DNA of 64,000 nt from contig NZ_JAQNDL010000001.1 in the NCBI RefSeq assembly GCF_028368995.1, forward strand, positions 4,032,001-4,096,000, written 5' to 3'. The DNA comes from Nannocystis bainbridge. GTDB lineage: Bacteria > Myxococcota_A > Polyangia > Nannocystales > Nannocystaceae. Position 1 is the first letter of the stretch. Each line of letters starts with the position of its first letter. The notes under the pieces are model-generated. The model did not search any database. It was not told where the DNA came from and saw only the letters and a list, made by a program, of their open reading frames with translations. Of this stretch, positions 63,955 to 64,000 are shown piece by piece. A program made the translations under genes and the position numbers.

Positions 63955-64000
63955 ATGAACACCCGAATGATGATGCCCAGCTGGATCCCCTGCATTGCCC
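63955..64000 (+). CDS. Probable 5' end of a gene running off the window
   Basis: ATG after GAGAA; MNTRMMMPSWIPCIA; too short to identify. Confidence 0.4.
   Translation, partial: MNTRMMMPSWIPCIA

Overview
Very GC-rich (roughly 70% or more by eye) bacterial chromosome segment. It is most consistent with a myxobacterium of the Nannocystaceae type, based on many Thr/Ser-rich and Cys-rich lipoproteins, DUF4215 repeats, a fibro-slime protein and a eukaryote-like Ser/Thr kinase. About 45 CDS are supported, including class Ia nrdAB plus a thioesterase under a cobalamin riboswitch and two NrdR boxes, an intact ISL3 element with an 8-bp TSD, an orphan PaeR7I/XhoI-like adenine methyltransferase, 5-oxoprolinase, lgt, pdxA-uvrA, a FAAL-ACP-GNAT (ceramide synthase-like) trio, a 2085-aa macroglobulin-like protein and a lower-GC three-gene island. 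No rRNA, tRNA or CRISPR was seen. The most striking unexplained signal is a dispersed palindrome, (A/C)TGTC-N6-GACA(T/G), at more than 20 loci. It forms tandem arrays with a 14-bp period at convergent gene junctions and also occurs inside coding sequences, which suggests a chromosome-wide protein-binding system. Other notable items are a signal-peptide-bearing orphan Hcp, an HDAC fused to a GNAT-like domain, a eukaryote-like MYND/MSS51 protein, an MbnP lacking its WxW motif, and a UvrA with a ~180-aa H1-like tail. All family assignments come from motif recognition by eye, with no database search.
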